Source: an uncultured archaeon (GTDB taxonomy: Archaea > Aenigmatarchaeota > Aenigmatarchaeia > CG10238-14 > SCSR01). From it: a stretch of 64,000 nt of DNA. The notes beneath the pieces were generated by a model. That model saw only the letters and a program-made list of their open reading frames with translations, searched no databases and had not been told where the DNA came from. The stretch is taken from contig CAZMWU010000001.1 of assembly GCA_964570195.1 (NCBI GenBank), positions 7,433 to 71,432 on the forward strand, written 5' to 3'. Positions 30,173 through 40,973 of this stretch are shown here, in pieces. Made by a program: the position numbers and the translations under genes. Numbering within the stretch: the first letter of the stretch is position 1; each line of letters begins with the position of its first letter.

Positions 30173-31174
30173 GTGGATAAATTAAGGTTTGCTATAGTCG
30201 GCTGCGGTAAGATGGGAAGCAGGAGAATAAATGTACTTAAAAACCATCCTGAGGCGAAAATAGTTGCTTTAGTAGACACAAATGAAGAAAAGGTTAAAAT
30301 TTTATCTACCGAACTAGGATGCGAATATTATGTGGATTATAAGGAAGCTTTTAAAAGAACTGATATAGACTGTGTTATTGTAGCCACTCCAAATAAGTTT
30401 CATGCTCCAATTACTATTGCTGGCTTGGAAAGCGGTAAACACGTGTGGTGCGAAAAACCTCTTGCTAGAAACCCTGTCGAAGCTAGGTCTATGGTTGACG
30501 CGGCAATAAGAACCAAAAATTTCCTTAAAACAGGGTCCAATATGAGATATTTCCCAAATTTTGTAAAGGCCAAAGAATTGGTTGACGGTCTTGGTATAGG
30601 TAGTTTGCTCTTTTTAAGAGGGTGGATAGGAAATAATGGACAACAACTAGAAGGCTGGTTTAAGGATATAGAACTCACTGGCGGTGGAACATATCTTGAC
30701 AATGGTTGTCATATGTTAGATCTTGTGAGATGGTTTCTTGGGGATGCTGAAAACTGTATAGGGCATGCATGGTCTAAACACTGGTCCAGTATGATAAACT
30801 CTGAAGATAATGCATTTGGTGTATACAAGTTTGCCAACGGGGGTAGCGCATTTGTCCACTCATCGTGGACAGACTGGAATGGATATGCTTATATAGAGAT
30901 TTATGGTACAACAGGGTTTATAATCGTCGATAGCAGAGGTCAAAACAATAAAACAATTTTTGGTGACAATAAAGGCGTTATACACGAATTTGATTTCGGC
31001 AATCTTCCTGTACAATCTTACAAACTAGAAGTCGACGACTATATCAAAGCGATAAAAGAAGGTAGACAACCAGTGGCTACAGGATACGATGGATTGCGTG
31101 CTGTGCAGATGGCTTGTGCGGTTTACGAGTCATCTAAAAATGACGGGAAAAGCGTAAAAATAGATTCTTTATAG
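30173..31174 (+). CDS. Gfo/Idh/MocA-family oxidoreductase.
   Basis: IVGCGKMG Rossmann motif, EKP motif and the C-terminal alpha/beta domain. Confidence 0.8.
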   Translation: MDKLRFAIVGCGKMGSRRINVLKNHPEAKIVALVDTNEEKVKILSTELGCEYYVDYKEAFKRTDIDCVIVATPNKFHAPITIAGLESGKHVWCEKPLARNPVEARSMVDAAIRTKNFLKTGSNMRYFPNFVKAKELVDGLGIGSLLFLRGWIGNNGQQLEGWFKDIELTGGGTYLDNGCHMLDLVRWFLGDAENCIGHAWSKHWSSMINSEDNAFGVYKFANGGSAFVHSSWTDWNGYAYIEIYGTTGFIIVDSRGQNNKTIFGDNKGVIHEFDFGNLPVQSYKLEVDDYIKAIKEGRQPVATGYDGLRAVQMACAVYESSKNDGKSVKIDSL

Positions 31175-31187
31175 TCTATTAATTATT

Positions 31188-31799
31188 GTGAAACAAATGA
31201 AAGAAACCCCTATTTTCGATTGGGATTCTGAATGGATGACTTTTAAAGGACTTAATTTTTTTGGCAGGTTACTTTATAATGATATTGAAAAAACTTTAAA
31301 CTCATTTTTGAAACAAAATAATTTAAATAAAAATATTACTGTTCTTGATTTCGGTTGCGGAAAAGGCACTACACTAAATATTTTCAGAAAACTAGGTTAC
31401 AGGAACTCGATCGGTACAGACACAAGCAAATTTGCTTTAGAGTTGTGTAACAAGCTTTATGGATTCAAACTTGGCAAAGACGTTTTTCTGTCTAATGACA
31501 AGCATGTCAATCAAAAATTTGATCTTGTTATAGCAGATGGGTTAATGGAACTATATAAAAACATAGCAAACATATCCAAAGAAATCAGCAAAAAAACGAG
31601 AAAATATATTGTTCTTATAGAACCTAACAGGTTTTCATTTATGCATAATCTAAAAAGACTATTGGGGAGAAACTCTAAAATGTATTCACATCGTCTAGGT
31701 GAAATAAAATATATCTTCAAAAATATTGGATTTGAGACTATTCGCGTAGGAAATTGTAACTTTAGTGAACATTGGGTAATATTTCTTGAAAGGAAATGA
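31188..31799 (+). CDS. Class I SAM-dependent methyltransferase.
   Basis: VLDFGCGKGTT motif I. Confidence 0.55.
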   Translation: MKQMKETPIFDWDSEWMTFKGLNFFGRLLYNDIEKTLNSFLKQNNLNKNITVLDFGCGKGTTLNIFRKLGYRNSIGTDTSKFALELCNKLYGFKLGKDVFLSNDKHVNQKFDLVIADGLMELYKNIANISKEISKKTRKYIVLIEPNRFSFMHNLKRLLGRNSKMYSHRLGEIKYIFKNIGFETIRVGNCNFSEHWVIFLERK

Positions 31800-32895
31800 T
31801 TTAATGAAAATAGCTCTAGTCAATAATAGTCATCCATTCTCTGGAATGGGTAAATACGCATTTAATCTGTTAAATTCTTACATGCGACAAAAAAAATCTG
31901 TAGAAATGTTTTATCTTGAAACTCCGGATAATAAAATCAAATCCCTAAACGGGGTTAATAAAATCCAAAGAAATTTAGGTTCGATTGAATTGAATAAAAC
32001 CCTTTTACCTTATTTTATCTTCCCCAAAAAAATACCAGAAGGTTACAATGTCTACCACGCTACAAATCAGTTTCTTGCGAGACTGGCGTTATACAAACCT
32101 CGTTGCGTGATAACGCATCATGATATACGACCAATTATATTGTCACATGATCTTAAAATGTGGATGGTCGGCAGAGTTTTAAGATATTTGTTGAAATCGT
32201 ATAAAAAAGCACATAAAATAATAGCAATAGCAGATGTTATAAAGGAGGATTTACTCAAGTTAAAAATCATTCCCGAAGAAAAAATTACTATTGTATATCA
32301 CGGATACGATAAAGGTTTATACAAACCCATGTCAAAAAAATCAGCTAGGAAAAAATTGGGATTGCCACAAGATATCAAGATATTATTGAATGTAGGTGCA
32401 GAAGAACCAATTAAGAATATACCTCTTTTGTTGGAGGCTACACGGATAATTCAAAAAGTTGAAAAAGTCTTGTTGGTAAGAGTTGGTGGAGGTATTACTT
32501 CTGGTGGTTATTGGAAAACGTCAGAATCCCTTAAAACAGGGATTGACATTAAAGAGTTTAAGAATGTATCAGAAAAGGATATGCCACTCATCTATAATGC
32601 GGCTGATGTTTTCATCGCACCATATACATATGATGAAGGTTTCATGTTTCCACCTTTAGAATCCATGGCGTGCGGTGTACCAACTGTGCTATCTAATCTT
32701 AAAACATTTGAACAGGGAAGTATAAGGGCGCCAAACGATCCACAGGGACTTGCTGAAGTAGTTTTAAAAATATTAAACAATTCTTTATTACATAGGAAAC
32801 TATCTAGAAAGGCTCTTAAAATGGCTGAAAGATTTTCAATGGAAACCCACCTTAAAAATACTTATCGGGTTTATGAAGAGGTAAGTAAGAAGTGA
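31786..32895 (+). CDS. GT4-family glycosyltransferase.
   Basis: ESMACGVPTVLSN motif. Confidence 0.7.
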   Translation: MKGNDLMKIALVNNSHPFSGMGKYAFNLLNSYMRQKKSVEMFYLETPDNKIKSLNGVNKIQRNLGSIELNKTLLPYFIFPKKIPEGYNVYHATNQFLARLALYKPRCVITHHDIRPIILSHDLKMWMVGRVLRYLLKSYKKAHKIIAIADVIKEDLLKLKIIPEEKITIVYHGYDKGLYKPMSKKSARKKLGLPQDIKILLNVGAEEPIKNIPLLLEATRIIQKVEKVLLVRVGGGITSGGYWKTSESLKTGIDIKEFKNVSEKDMPLIYNAADVFIAPYTYDEGFMFPPLESMACGVPTVLSNLKTFEQGSIRAPNDPQGLAEVVLKILNNSLLHRKLSRKALKMAERFSMETHLKNTYRVYEEVSKK

Positions 32896-32899
32896 TTTA

Positions 32900-34003
32900 A
32901 TGATATCAATAGGAGAGCCAGCACTTGATAATGAAGAATTGGAGAATGTAACTAATGCAATCAAAACAAATTGGATATCAGGTCGTGGCGAATACATTTC
33001 TGAATTTGAAGAAAAGTTCAGTAGATTCTGTAATGCAAGTTTTGGTGTTGCCACTTGTAATGGAACTGCTGCAATACACCTCGCACTAGCAAGTATTGGT
33101 ATTAAAAGCGGAGACGAAGTTATCACTCCAACATTTACTACTGTAGCATCAACCAATCCAATACTCCAATGTGGAGGGAGACCTATGTTTATAGACTCTG
33201 ACAATTCGACATGGAATATCGACCCGAATAAAATAGAAGAAAAAATAACTAAAGCCACAAAGGCCATAATGGTTGTGCATCTTTATGGACACCCGTGCGA
33301 CATGGATCCTATCATGAAAATAGCAAACGATCATAATCTTTTAGTAATAGAAGATGCGGCCGAAGCTCACGGAGCTGAGTATAAAGGAAAGAAAGTTGGA
33401 ACTATAGGAGATATAGGGTGTTTCTCCTTCTTTTCCAATAAGATAATTACTACCGGTGAAGGTGGTATGATAATCACGAATAATAAAGAATTGGCAGAGA
33501 CAGCCGCAAATTTAAGAGACCTTGCCTATGGAAAAGGTGATAAGAAATTTCACCATGAGAAAATCGGTTTTAATTACAGAATGACAAACTTACAAGCTGC
33601 TATAGGGGTTGCCCAGATGGATAAAATAGAAAAATTCATTGATATAAGGAGAAAAAATGCAAAAATATACGGTTCTTTACTGAAAGACATCGAGGGTATA
33701 ACACTGCCACCGGAAATGCCATGGGCTAAAAATGTCTATTGGATGTATACTATATTAATTGAAAAATTGTTTGGTCTCGACAGAGACAATCTGATTAAAT
33801 TATTGAAAGAAATGGGGATAGATACAAGACCAACTTTTTATCCTGTACATTTACAACCAATATACCAACAATTATTCGGTAGCCAAAAACTGCCTGTGGC
33901 AGAAGAACTGAGTATCAAGGGTATAAATTTGCCCTCTGGCAATACCTTAACAAAAGAACAAATAGAGTTTGTTTGTGAAAGTATAAAACAATTTAAAAAT
34001 TAA
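32900..34003 (+). CDS. DegT/DnrJ/EryC1/StrS-family PLP-dependent sugar aminotransferase.
   Basis: DIGCFSFFSNKIITTGEGG motif; paralog of 6223-7356. Confidence 0.85.
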   Translation: MISIGEPALDNEELENVTNAIKTNWISGRGEYISEFEEKFSRFCNASFGVATCNGTAAIHLALASIGIKSGDEVITPTFTTVASTNPILQCGGRPMFIDSDNSTWNIDPNKIEEKITKATKAIMVVHLYGHPCDMDPIMKIANDHNLLVIEDAAEAHGAEYKGKKVGTIGDIGCFSFFSNKIITTGEGGMIITNNKELAETAANLRDLAYGKGDKKFHHEKIGFNYRMTNLQAAIGVAQMDKIEKFIDIRRKNAKIYGSLLKDIEGITLPPEMPWAKNVYWMYTILIEKLFGLDRDNLIKLLKEMGIDTRPTFYPVHLQPIYQQLFGSQKLPVAEELSIKGINLPSGNTLTKEQIEFVCESIKQFKN

Positions 34004-34007
34004 AATT

Positions 34008-34928
34008 TTAGAACAGTCTTCTTAATGCATATTCTAGTGCAAATCTTGCAGCAAAACTAATTCCTTTATATCCCAGTTCTGTAGGTAATCTGCCGTCGTT
34101 CAAGGCACTTCTTATTTGGTCACCATTAGAAAAAACGATAAATCCAACATGTTCCCATGCGTCTCTTGCTTTTGTCCATTCTCCTCCTTCACGAAACCAT
34201 TCAGAATCTTGTCTAATGCGAGTTTCAAATACGATATCCGTATTACCAAAATTGCTCGCATCTGTTACAATACCAACTAGTTCTTTATTTACAATATCTT
34301 TTGGTTTAACATCTGTTTCTTCATACAGTTCTCTATCCACACCTTTAAACAAACTACGTGTACCTATGCAATAAGATGGAGTCTTTAGTCGCTTAATTAT
34401 ATAATCAAGATTTCTACTTTCCCAATTCGGTATAGCGTCTTCGAAACCAGCAACTAGATGCAAAAACAATGGTAATCCCATCATTTTACCATCTTTTCTG
34501 TATGCGGCTCTTATTGGTAGAGCTAGTTTACTATCACTTGTTATTAATATGTTAGCTGGGCCGACAGGCAGTGAGAAAAAAGCTTTGGGATCACCAAAGT
34601 ATCTTTTACCAAATTCCATTTTTCTACTAACTTCATAACTGTCTTTTGGTATATCATACCAGCTTACAATCCCTAATTGTAACTTTAATTTCCCATCTTC
34701 TCGGATTTGATGGCCTCTATAAGTAACTTTAAGATCACCTGGCGTCATTTGTCCTACAGTCAATAATTCAACAAGTCTATTTGACCAGATATCAAACGAT
34801 AAAACTGGCGACTGTTTTCTAACACACGTAACTTCATCTCTAGAATATGCTCTCAAATCTTCCCATCTGCGTTCAGGGAGCCAGATATATGTTTTTTGCA
34901 ATAATCCTTTTTCTTCCAGTTCGAACAT
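34008..34928 (-). CDS. Hypothetical protein (306 aa). It is Arg/Trp-richer than its neighbours.
   Basis: ORF only; the composition differs from the Lys/Ile/Asn-rich island genes. Confidence 0.3.
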   Translation of the reverse strand: MFELEEKGLLQKTYIWLPERRWEDLRAYSRDEVTCVRKQSPVLSFDIWSNRLVELLTVGQMTPGDLKVTYRGHQIREDGKLKLQLGIVSWYDIPKDSYEVSRKMEFGKRYFGDPKAFFSLPVGPANILITSDSKLALPIRAAYRKDGKMMGLPLFLHLVAGFEDAIPNWESRNLDYIIKRLKTPSYCIGTRSLFKGVDRELYEETDVKPKDIVNKELVGIVTDASNFGNTDIVFETRIRQDSEWFREGGEWTKARDAWEHVGFIVFSNGDQIRSALNDGRLPTELGYKGISFAARFALEYALRRLF

Positions 34929-35044
34929 ATCGATAGTAGCTCTACTAAATTTTATAAATCAATCAGATAGAATATTGTAAAACTCTATAATTTGTTAGTA
35001 TATAAATCTTTCTGCTTTAATAAAAATGTAACCAAACTGATACT

Positions 35045-35773
35045 ATGAATTTTGATGAAATACGAGAGATAGCGAAAGCAGCAATAACTCCAGAATACGG
35101 TGCATATTACATTGCTAGTAACCTCAACTGGCTGAGATACGAAAAACAACTAAATGAACTAGTTAGATTCATACCGAAAAATTCCAAGATTTTGGATATA
35201 GGATGTGGATTAGGGATGACAGTTTCTATGATAAAAGCAAGTGTACCTGATTCAGAAGTTATAGGCATAGACATAACTCAAAAATCTACATGGGAAGCTT
35301 ATGAAAAACAATTTAATGTAAAATATTTTGTTGACGACGCGCTAAACCTACAATTTAATGATGAGGAATTTGACATCGTGGTTTCATTTGGTGTTATAGA
35401 ACATGTAACAGATGATAAAAAGTTTATCAAAGAAAACCTGAGGATTTTGAAAAGTGGAGGAATGGGATTTATTTTAAACATACCTAATAGGTATTCAATG
35501 AACGAATATCTGGCCAAGAGATTAGGTCTTAATTCACATGATATAAGATATAATATGCAACAAATTCAACATATTCTACATTCAGCCAGAATAAAAAATT
35601 TCGTTATAAAGAGAAGATTTCTAATACCAGCCCAAGTAAATAGAATCAACTATTCTTTAGGAGAACTTTTTAATAAGTTCTATATTGAATTAGACTTTCT
35701 TGATAGAGTGTTAAGTAAATTACCAACTGGAGTTTTTTCACAAGTATTTGATGTATTTTACAAGAAGGATTAA
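35045..35773 (+). CDS. Class I SAM-dependent methyltransferase.
   Basis: ILDIGCGLGMT motif I; immediately upstream of and abutting aglB. Confidence 0.65.
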   Translation: MNFDEIREIAKAAITPEYGAYYIASNLNWLRYEKQLNELVRFIPKNSKILDIGCGLGMTVSMIKASVPDSEVIGIDITQKSTWEAYEKQFNVKYFVDDALNLQFNDEEFDIVVSFGVIEHVTDDKKFIKENLRILKSGGMGFILNIPNRYSMNEYLAKRLGLNSHDIRYNMQQIQHILHSARIKNFVIKRRFLIPAQVNRINYSLGELFNKFYIELDFLDRVLSKLPTGVFSQVFDVFYKKD

Positions 35774-37912
35774 ATGTTAGAGAATTACAACAATTTGAAA
35801 AGTGTACTTCCCACGATTATCAAAACTATATTAATATTACTGGGTCTAGCTTCTATAATTTTTCTAGGAGTTTATATAAGAAGTAGTACCCTTAGCTCAC
35901 CAACTGTTTTAGATTATGATCCTTGGTATTTTTATCGATATGCAGAAGATATTGTTGAGAATGGATATAAACTATTTAAATGGGACGGATTGACTTACTA
36001 TCCACCAGGACGCCCTACAGATATTTACTTAGGATGGTCTTATACAATTGCAATTTTTTATAAAATATTACATTCAATTTTTGATAACATAACTCTAATG
36101 CAAGTAGCTAAATTAGCACCATTAATAATGGTAGGTATAACACCTGTATTTGCCTTCTTATTAGGTAGATTACTTTCAAACTCCTTAGGAGGGTTATTAA
36201 CAGCTTTATTTTCTGTGATTGCACCCACTTTCATAGGTGTATCTATGGCAGGTTATTCAGATTCTGATGTTGTTACAGTCTTTTACATGATTTTATCCAC
36301 ATTAACGATAATTGCAACAATAAGATACTCAAAAAATATACTGCTCTCAATACCCCTTTACTTTTTATCCGTCATTAGCGTTTTGTTATTTACTTTTAGT
36401 TGGAGTGCAGGTTGGCTACCTTTAATTTTGTTCATGGCATTTATACCTTCATTCATAACCTTCAGGATTTTTGAAGAAGTGATTCATCAAAGAAAATTAA
36501 AAATCAACATTAAAAGTGCACTGGCAGATACGAAACATGTGATAATTCCTCTTCTTATCATATTTCTGATAACAAACATTGTAGGATATTATCTCGGTTT
36601 TAGAACAATGTTCCACTCTTTACTAGGTGGATTAGCATTCGCTGGAATAGGTGGAGAAAGATTAATAGTCAACATTTCTGTTGCAGAACTCCAGACAGTC
36701 AATGTATTCACCAAAGAAGGGTTCCTGGCCATTGCACAACGTGTTGGTATGCTGTCTACAATAATGGCGCTTATAGGGATACCATTATTAGCGATTTATA
36801 AACTTTTTAGAAAGGAAAAAATCAATTTCGTTGAGATATTTTTATTTTTATGGACACTAGTCTCGTTTTACTTTATAATCAAAGGCATAAGGTTCTCACT
36901 ACTGTTCTCCATTTCTGCTTCACTTTCTACGGGTTATGTAATTGGTAATTTATATAACTACCTTAGGCATGTAAATATTTTGATATTTTCTACAATATTT
37001 GCAGTATTGGGCGTTTTTATTTTCGTAGCAATATCGAATTCAATACAAGTTGGATTTGCATCTGGCGGATTGGTAATAGGTCAAAATTGGTATGATGCAT
37101 TAGATTGGCTTAAACAAAATGCTGATAAAGATTCTTTGGTTGCAACGTGGTGGGATCCAGGTCATATCATTACAGGTTATACAGGATTAAAAGTTCACGC
37201 AGATGGGGCGCATTGTGGTGATGCATGTATACCATACAATCATAACACAAGGATAAGAGATATGGGTAGACTGATGACAACAGACAACGAAACAGAATCT
37301 ATAGAAATAATCCAAAAATATACACATTTGACTGATGAACAATGTGATACAATAAGAAAAACGTTTGGAGATATAGTTCCAAAAGACGCGTGTAAAGACG
37401 TCACAGAAACATATATTTTGGCAACCAGCGATTTGATAGGTAAATATTTCTGGATGAGTTGCTTTGGTAGTTTTGATATGAACTTATGGAAAGAAACTAA
37501 AGGTGACGAATGGAGATGCGATGGAAAAAATTTTGCTCAAGTACCGTTTTCTAATTTCGATCGACAAGGTTTACCGATATATTCGCAAGGTGGTCTTACG
37601 ATTACGCTGCTTCAGAACGGTACCGATTTATTAGCTGTACTCAATGCACCTGGGCAAGGCGTCCGTAATAGAGTAGTAAGTGACATAGTGTTTTATCAAA
37701 ATGGTCAGAGAATGCACTCCAAATCCTACTTTAATAATTCGGTAGATGGTATGGTCTGGATAGACCCAAGCTTTAGACTAATTTTATTCATGGATCCTAC
37801 AATAAGGGATTCTGTATTTACTAAAATGTTCTTTTTTGACGGTGAAGGTCTAGAAAACTTTGAGCTTATGTACCAGAACACAGAAGTCAAAATATATAAA
37901 GCGAAAATTTAG
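35774..37912 (+). CDS. aglB: AglB/STT3 oligosaccharyltransferase.
   Basis: 712 aa; N-terminal multi-TM domain with DxD-type loops; C-terminal soluble domain with WWDPGH, a variant of the WWDYG signature. Confidence 0.8.
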   Translation: MLENYNNLKSVLPTIIKTILILLGLASIIFLGVYIRSSTLSSPTVLDYDPWYFYRYAEDIVENGYKLFKWDGLTYYPPGRPTDIYLGWSYTIAIFYKILHSIFDNITLMQVAKLAPLIMVGITPVFAFLLGRLLSNSLGGLLTALFSVIAPTFIGVSMAGYSDSDVVTVFYMILSTLTIIATIRYSKNILLSIPLYFLSVISVLLFTFSWSAGWLPLILFMAFIPSFITFRIFEEVIHQRKLKINIKSALADTKHVIIPLLIIFLITNIVGYYLGFRTMFHSLLGGLAFAGIGGERLIVNISVAELQTVNVFTKEGFLAIAQRVGMLSTIMALIGIPLLAIYKLFRKEKINFVEIFLFLWTLVSFYFIIKGIRFSLLFSISASLSTGYVIGNLYNYLRHVNILIFSTIFAVLGVFIFVAISNSIQVGFASGGLVIGQNWYDALDWLKQNADKDSLVATWWDPGHIITGYTGLKVHADGAHCGDACIPYNHNTRIRDMGRLMTTDNETESIEIIQKYTHLTDEQCDTIRKTFGDIVPKDACKDVTETYILATSDLIGKYFWMSCFGSFDMNLWKETKGDEWRCDGKNFAQVPFSNFDRQGLPIYSQGGLTITLLQNGTDLLAVLNAPGQGVRNRVVSDIVFYQNGQRMHSKSYFNNSVDGMVWIDPSFRLILFMDPTIRDSVFTKMFFFDGEGLENFELMYQNTEVKIYKAKI

Positions 37913-37918
37913 TGATTT

Positions 37919-38167
37919 ATGATGAAATTACCTTTTTTAAAACTCAAAGGAAAAGACAGACTAGAAACCATGGAAAACTATTCTATATTATTTATTTTCA
38001 TAGGTGCCATGATTCTTTCAGTCGGAATAGGTCTTAATATAATTAGTACACGAGGCCCAAGTGCAATTTTGTCTATGTTCGGTGCTTTAATCAGTTTTAT
38101 TTCAACGATTGTCTTGATTGTTGTTTGGAGTCTGAAAGAATTTAAAAAAGAATCCAGTGAAAAATAA
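37919..38167 (+). CDS. Small membrane protein (82 aa).
   Basis: Two predicted TM helices; ORF only. Confidence 0.25.
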   Translation: MMKLPFLKLKGKDRLETMENYSILFIFIGAMILSVGIGLNIISTRGPSAILSMFGALISFISTIVLIVVWSLKEFKKESSEK

Positions 38168-38169
38168 GG

Positions 38170-38178
38170 TTTTATATT
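38170..38178 (+). promoter_or_regulatory. TATA box (ttttatatt) about 25 bp upstream of the histone start codon. The transcript is likely leaderless.
   Basis: Position relative to the ATG at 38199. Confidence 0.45.
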
Positions 38179-38198
38179 AAGAAACAATAATCTTAGTT

Positions 38199-38405
38199 AT
38201 GATAAATATCTTACCAAGACTCCCTTTTGAGAGAATTCTTAAAAAAGTAGGTGCCAAAAGAGTATCTCAAGATGCTCTAGACGAATTCGCAATGATAATG
38301 GAGGAAAAACTTATGACCATCGCAAAAGAAGCTACGGCATTAGCAAAACATGCCGGCAGAAAAACACTTATAGACGATGATATCAGATTATCTAGAAACA
38401 AATAA
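38199..38405 (+). CDS. Archaeal histone (HMfB family).
   Basis: 68 aa histone fold with the ...AKHAGRKTLIDDDIRL motif; TATA ttttatatt about 25 bp upstream. Confidence 0.85.
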   Translation: MINILPRLPFERILKKVGAKRVSQDALDEFAMIMEEKLMTIAKEATALAKHAGRKTLIDDDIRLSRNK

Positions 38406-38407
38406 CA

Positions 38408-38424
38408 TATATTTTAAATTAAAT
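38408..38424 (+). promoter_or_regulatory. TATA-like element (atattttaaattaaata) upstream of the RPA-like/radA operon.
   Basis: Lies 15-30 bp upstream of the ATG at 38439. Confidence 0.35.
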
Positions 38425-38438
38425 AACATAATCAATGC

Positions 38439-39452
38439 ATGGATTTCGACATTCTTGTCGCAGAATTAGAGAATAAAACTAGCCTTAAAAAAGATGATAT
38501 ATTAAATCTCGTTAATAAGAAATACTTGGAAATGAAGGATTTGATAACGAAGGAAGGTGCTGTATACTTGATAGCTAGAGAGTTTGATGTAAACCTACCA
38601 GAAAATTCAAGTGGGAGAGTTCCCATCCGGAATATCATGCCTGGGATGAGAAACGTGAATATAATTGGCAGGATTTTCAAAATATCTAAAATCAATGAAT
38701 TCATCAAGTCAAACGGAATTGCAGGAAGAGTGGCCAACATTTTTGTCGGTGACAATACAGGATTTGTTAGAGTCCCACTGTGGGACGAGCAAGTTAAATT
38801 GTTGGAAGATAGTACTATCTCCATTGGGGATGCGATACGGGTAAGCAACGGAATTGCTCGAGAGAATGCATTCGGCGATGTGGAGATTGCTTTAGGTAAG
38901 TTCGGCGCAATAAATGCTATAGAAGATTATGTAGAATTACCATCGGCAGAGGATTTACTAAAAATGTCTTTTAACATCTCCCCAGAGAGGGCACTTATAT
39001 CAAATATAGTATCAGGTGGTAATTTCGAAATAAAAGGAGCTGTTGTACAGATTTTCAAAGGGAATTTTATATTCAGTGTGTGTCCGATGTGCGACAACAA
39101 GGTTGAAGGTAATAACTGCATTGAACATGGTGATGTGAATCCTAGCCATAAACTGGTTCTTTCATTCGTTCTCGATGATAGTACTGATGATTTAAGATGT
39201 GTTTTATTTAGAGAAATCGCAGAGAGGGCGTGTAATGTAACACCAGAAGAGTTAACCGAACTCAACCTAGAAGAAAGATACCAACTATTATGTAACAAAC
39301 TTCTTGGCAGAGAACTGATATTATCAGGAAAGGTTAAAAAAAACAAATTATATGACAGATTGGAAATGATGGTAGGCGACTTTAAATCTATAAATCCTTT
39401 AGAAGAGAGTAAGAAATTAGTCGACGAATTGGAATTAATGGTTGGTGCTTAG
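38439..39452 (+). CDS. RPA-like single-stranded-DNA-binding protein with OB folds and a zinc ribbon.
   Basis: CPMCDNK...CIEHG zinc-ribbon motif between OB-like segments; located immediately upstream of radA. Confidence 0.5.
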   Translation: MDFDILVAELENKTSLKKDDILNLVNKKYLEMKDLITKEGAVYLIAREFDVNLPENSSGRVPIRNIMPGMRNVNIIGRIFKISKINEFIKSNGIAGRVANIFVGDNTGFVRVPLWDEQVKLLEDSTISIGDAIRVSNGIARENAFGDVEIALGKFGAINAIEDYVELPSAEDLLKMSFNISPERALISNIVSGGNFEIKGAVVQIFKGNFIFSVCPMCDNKVEGNNCIEHGDVNPSHKLVLSFVLDDSTDDLRCVLFREIAERACNVTPEELTELNLEERYQLLCNKLLGRELILSGKVKKNKLYDRLEMMVGDFKSINPLEESKKLVDELELMVGA

Positions 39453-40403
39453 TTGGCAAAAAAAACTGAAATAAACCTAGGAGATATACCTGGTATAGGC
39501 GAGAAAACCATCGAGAAACTAAAGGGTATAGGATATGCCGATCCTATGGTCATTGCTGTTTCGTCGCCTACAGAATTGGCTAATATTGCAGAAATAGGAG
39601 AACCCACTGCGGCGAAAATAATAAGCGCAATAAGAGAAAAACTTGACATCGGTTATGAAACTGCCGACAAAATTCTTGAAAAGAGAACAAGTGTAGCAAA
39701 AATAACAACCGGAAGCAGTAATTTGGATAACCTCTTAGGAGGTGGCGTAGAAACGCAAGCCATCACAGAAGCTTATGGTCAGTACGGCTCCGGTAAAAGC
39801 CAATTAGCTTTCCAATTAGCTGTGTCGGTTCAGTTGCCGAAAGACAAAGGTGGATTAGATGGATCATGCCTTTTTATAGATACAGAAAACACATTCAGAC
39901 CGGAGAGAATTGTTCAAATTGCCAGAGCGATGAAACTAGAGCCAGAAAAGGTTTTAAGAAACATCTATGTCGCTAGGGCATTCAACACAGAGCATCAGAT
40001 ATTGCTGGTGGAAAAAGCACCAGAGATGATAGAGGAGAAAAAGATTAAATTGGTAATCGTGGATTCTCTAACTTCACATTTCAGATCAGATTTCGTCGGC
40101 AGAGGCGAACTGGCAGGAAGACAACAAAAATTAAACCGCCATCTGCACCAACTTCTCCGTCTGGCAGACGCTTATAATCTCGCGATTTATATCACAAACC
40201 AAGTTATGTCAGATCCTGCAATGCTTTTTGGAGACCCGACTCGTCCTGTCGGCGGGAATATTCTGGGGCACATGTCTACATACCGTCTTTACTTACGAAG
40301 AGGAAAGGAAGGGACAAGAATTTGTAAAGTTATTGATGCTCCAAATCTACAAGAAGGTGAAGCTGTTTTTAGGATTACTGAAAATGGACTAGCAAATACC
40401 TAA
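39453..40403 (+). CDS. radA: RadA recombinase.
   Basis: N-terminal HhH (IPGIGEKT); Walker [10 protein letters not shown]; Walker B LVIVDSL. Confidence 0.9.
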   Translation: MAKKTEINLGDIPGIGEKTIEKLKGIGYADPMVIAVSSPTELANIAEIGEPTAAKIISAIREKLDIGYETADKILEKRTSVAKITTGSSNLDNLLGGGVETQAITEAYGQYGSGKSQLAFQLAVSVQLPKDKGGLDGSCLFIDTENTFRPERIVQIARAMKLEPEKVLRNIYVARAFNTEHQILLVEKAPEMIEEKKIKLVIVDSLTSHFRSDFVGRGELAGRQQKLNRHLHQLLRLADAYNLAIYITNQVMSDPAMLFGDPTRPVGGNILGHMSTYRLYLRRGKEGTRICKVIDAPNLQEGEAVFRITENGLANT

Positions 40404-40942
40404 TTTATAAAGTTTACTATCGAACCGAAAAATTGGACGAATATCATGGAATTTATTATACTATTTCCTATCACATAGGGCAACTCTTTACCAAACCTTT
40501 CATTCTCGCCAATAAATGTGAAAACCAGACTTAGTAAATTTATCCCAACAATGAAAGACACCCCTAAAGGTCCAATTATTCCGGCTCCCAAAACACCCGA
40601 GAGCACACCTAATAAAATATATTCAGGTATCACCCATGCTAAATAAGCTCCGATGTAATAGCGTCCTACTATAAAATGGGGCAATAGAATAGCAGATGCG
40701 TATATACCGCCAACCACAGGGCCGTATACCACTCCTACGAGCATGGTCGATAATGTGACCAATTCTATCCCGATGTATTTCAACGGTTGCAAAAATCCGA
40801 GTAGTACAGCCACTAGAATAGTTGTCAGAATTATGATCAAAAAGAAGAAAACTTTCTCTAGGAATATAAGCAGTATAGCCAGTAACAAAGCTACAGATCC
40901 AATTGCATAAATTCTCCAATTCATTCTCGGTAGATTTATCAT
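40400..40942 (-). CDS. Hypothetical polytopic membrane protein.
   Basis: 180 aa with about 5 TM helices. Confidence 0.3.
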   Translation of the reverse strand: MINLPRMNWRIYAIGSVALLLAILLIFLEKVFFFLIIILTTILVAVLLGFLQPLKYIGIELVTLSTMLVGVVYGPVVGGIYASAILLPHFIVGRYYIGAYLAWVIPEYILLGVLSGVLGAGIIGPLGVSFIVGINLLSLVFTFIGENERFGKELPYVIGNSIINSMIFVQFFGSIVNFIN

Positions 40943-40973
40943 TATTTAAATATTCGAGAACAGCTTTTAATTC

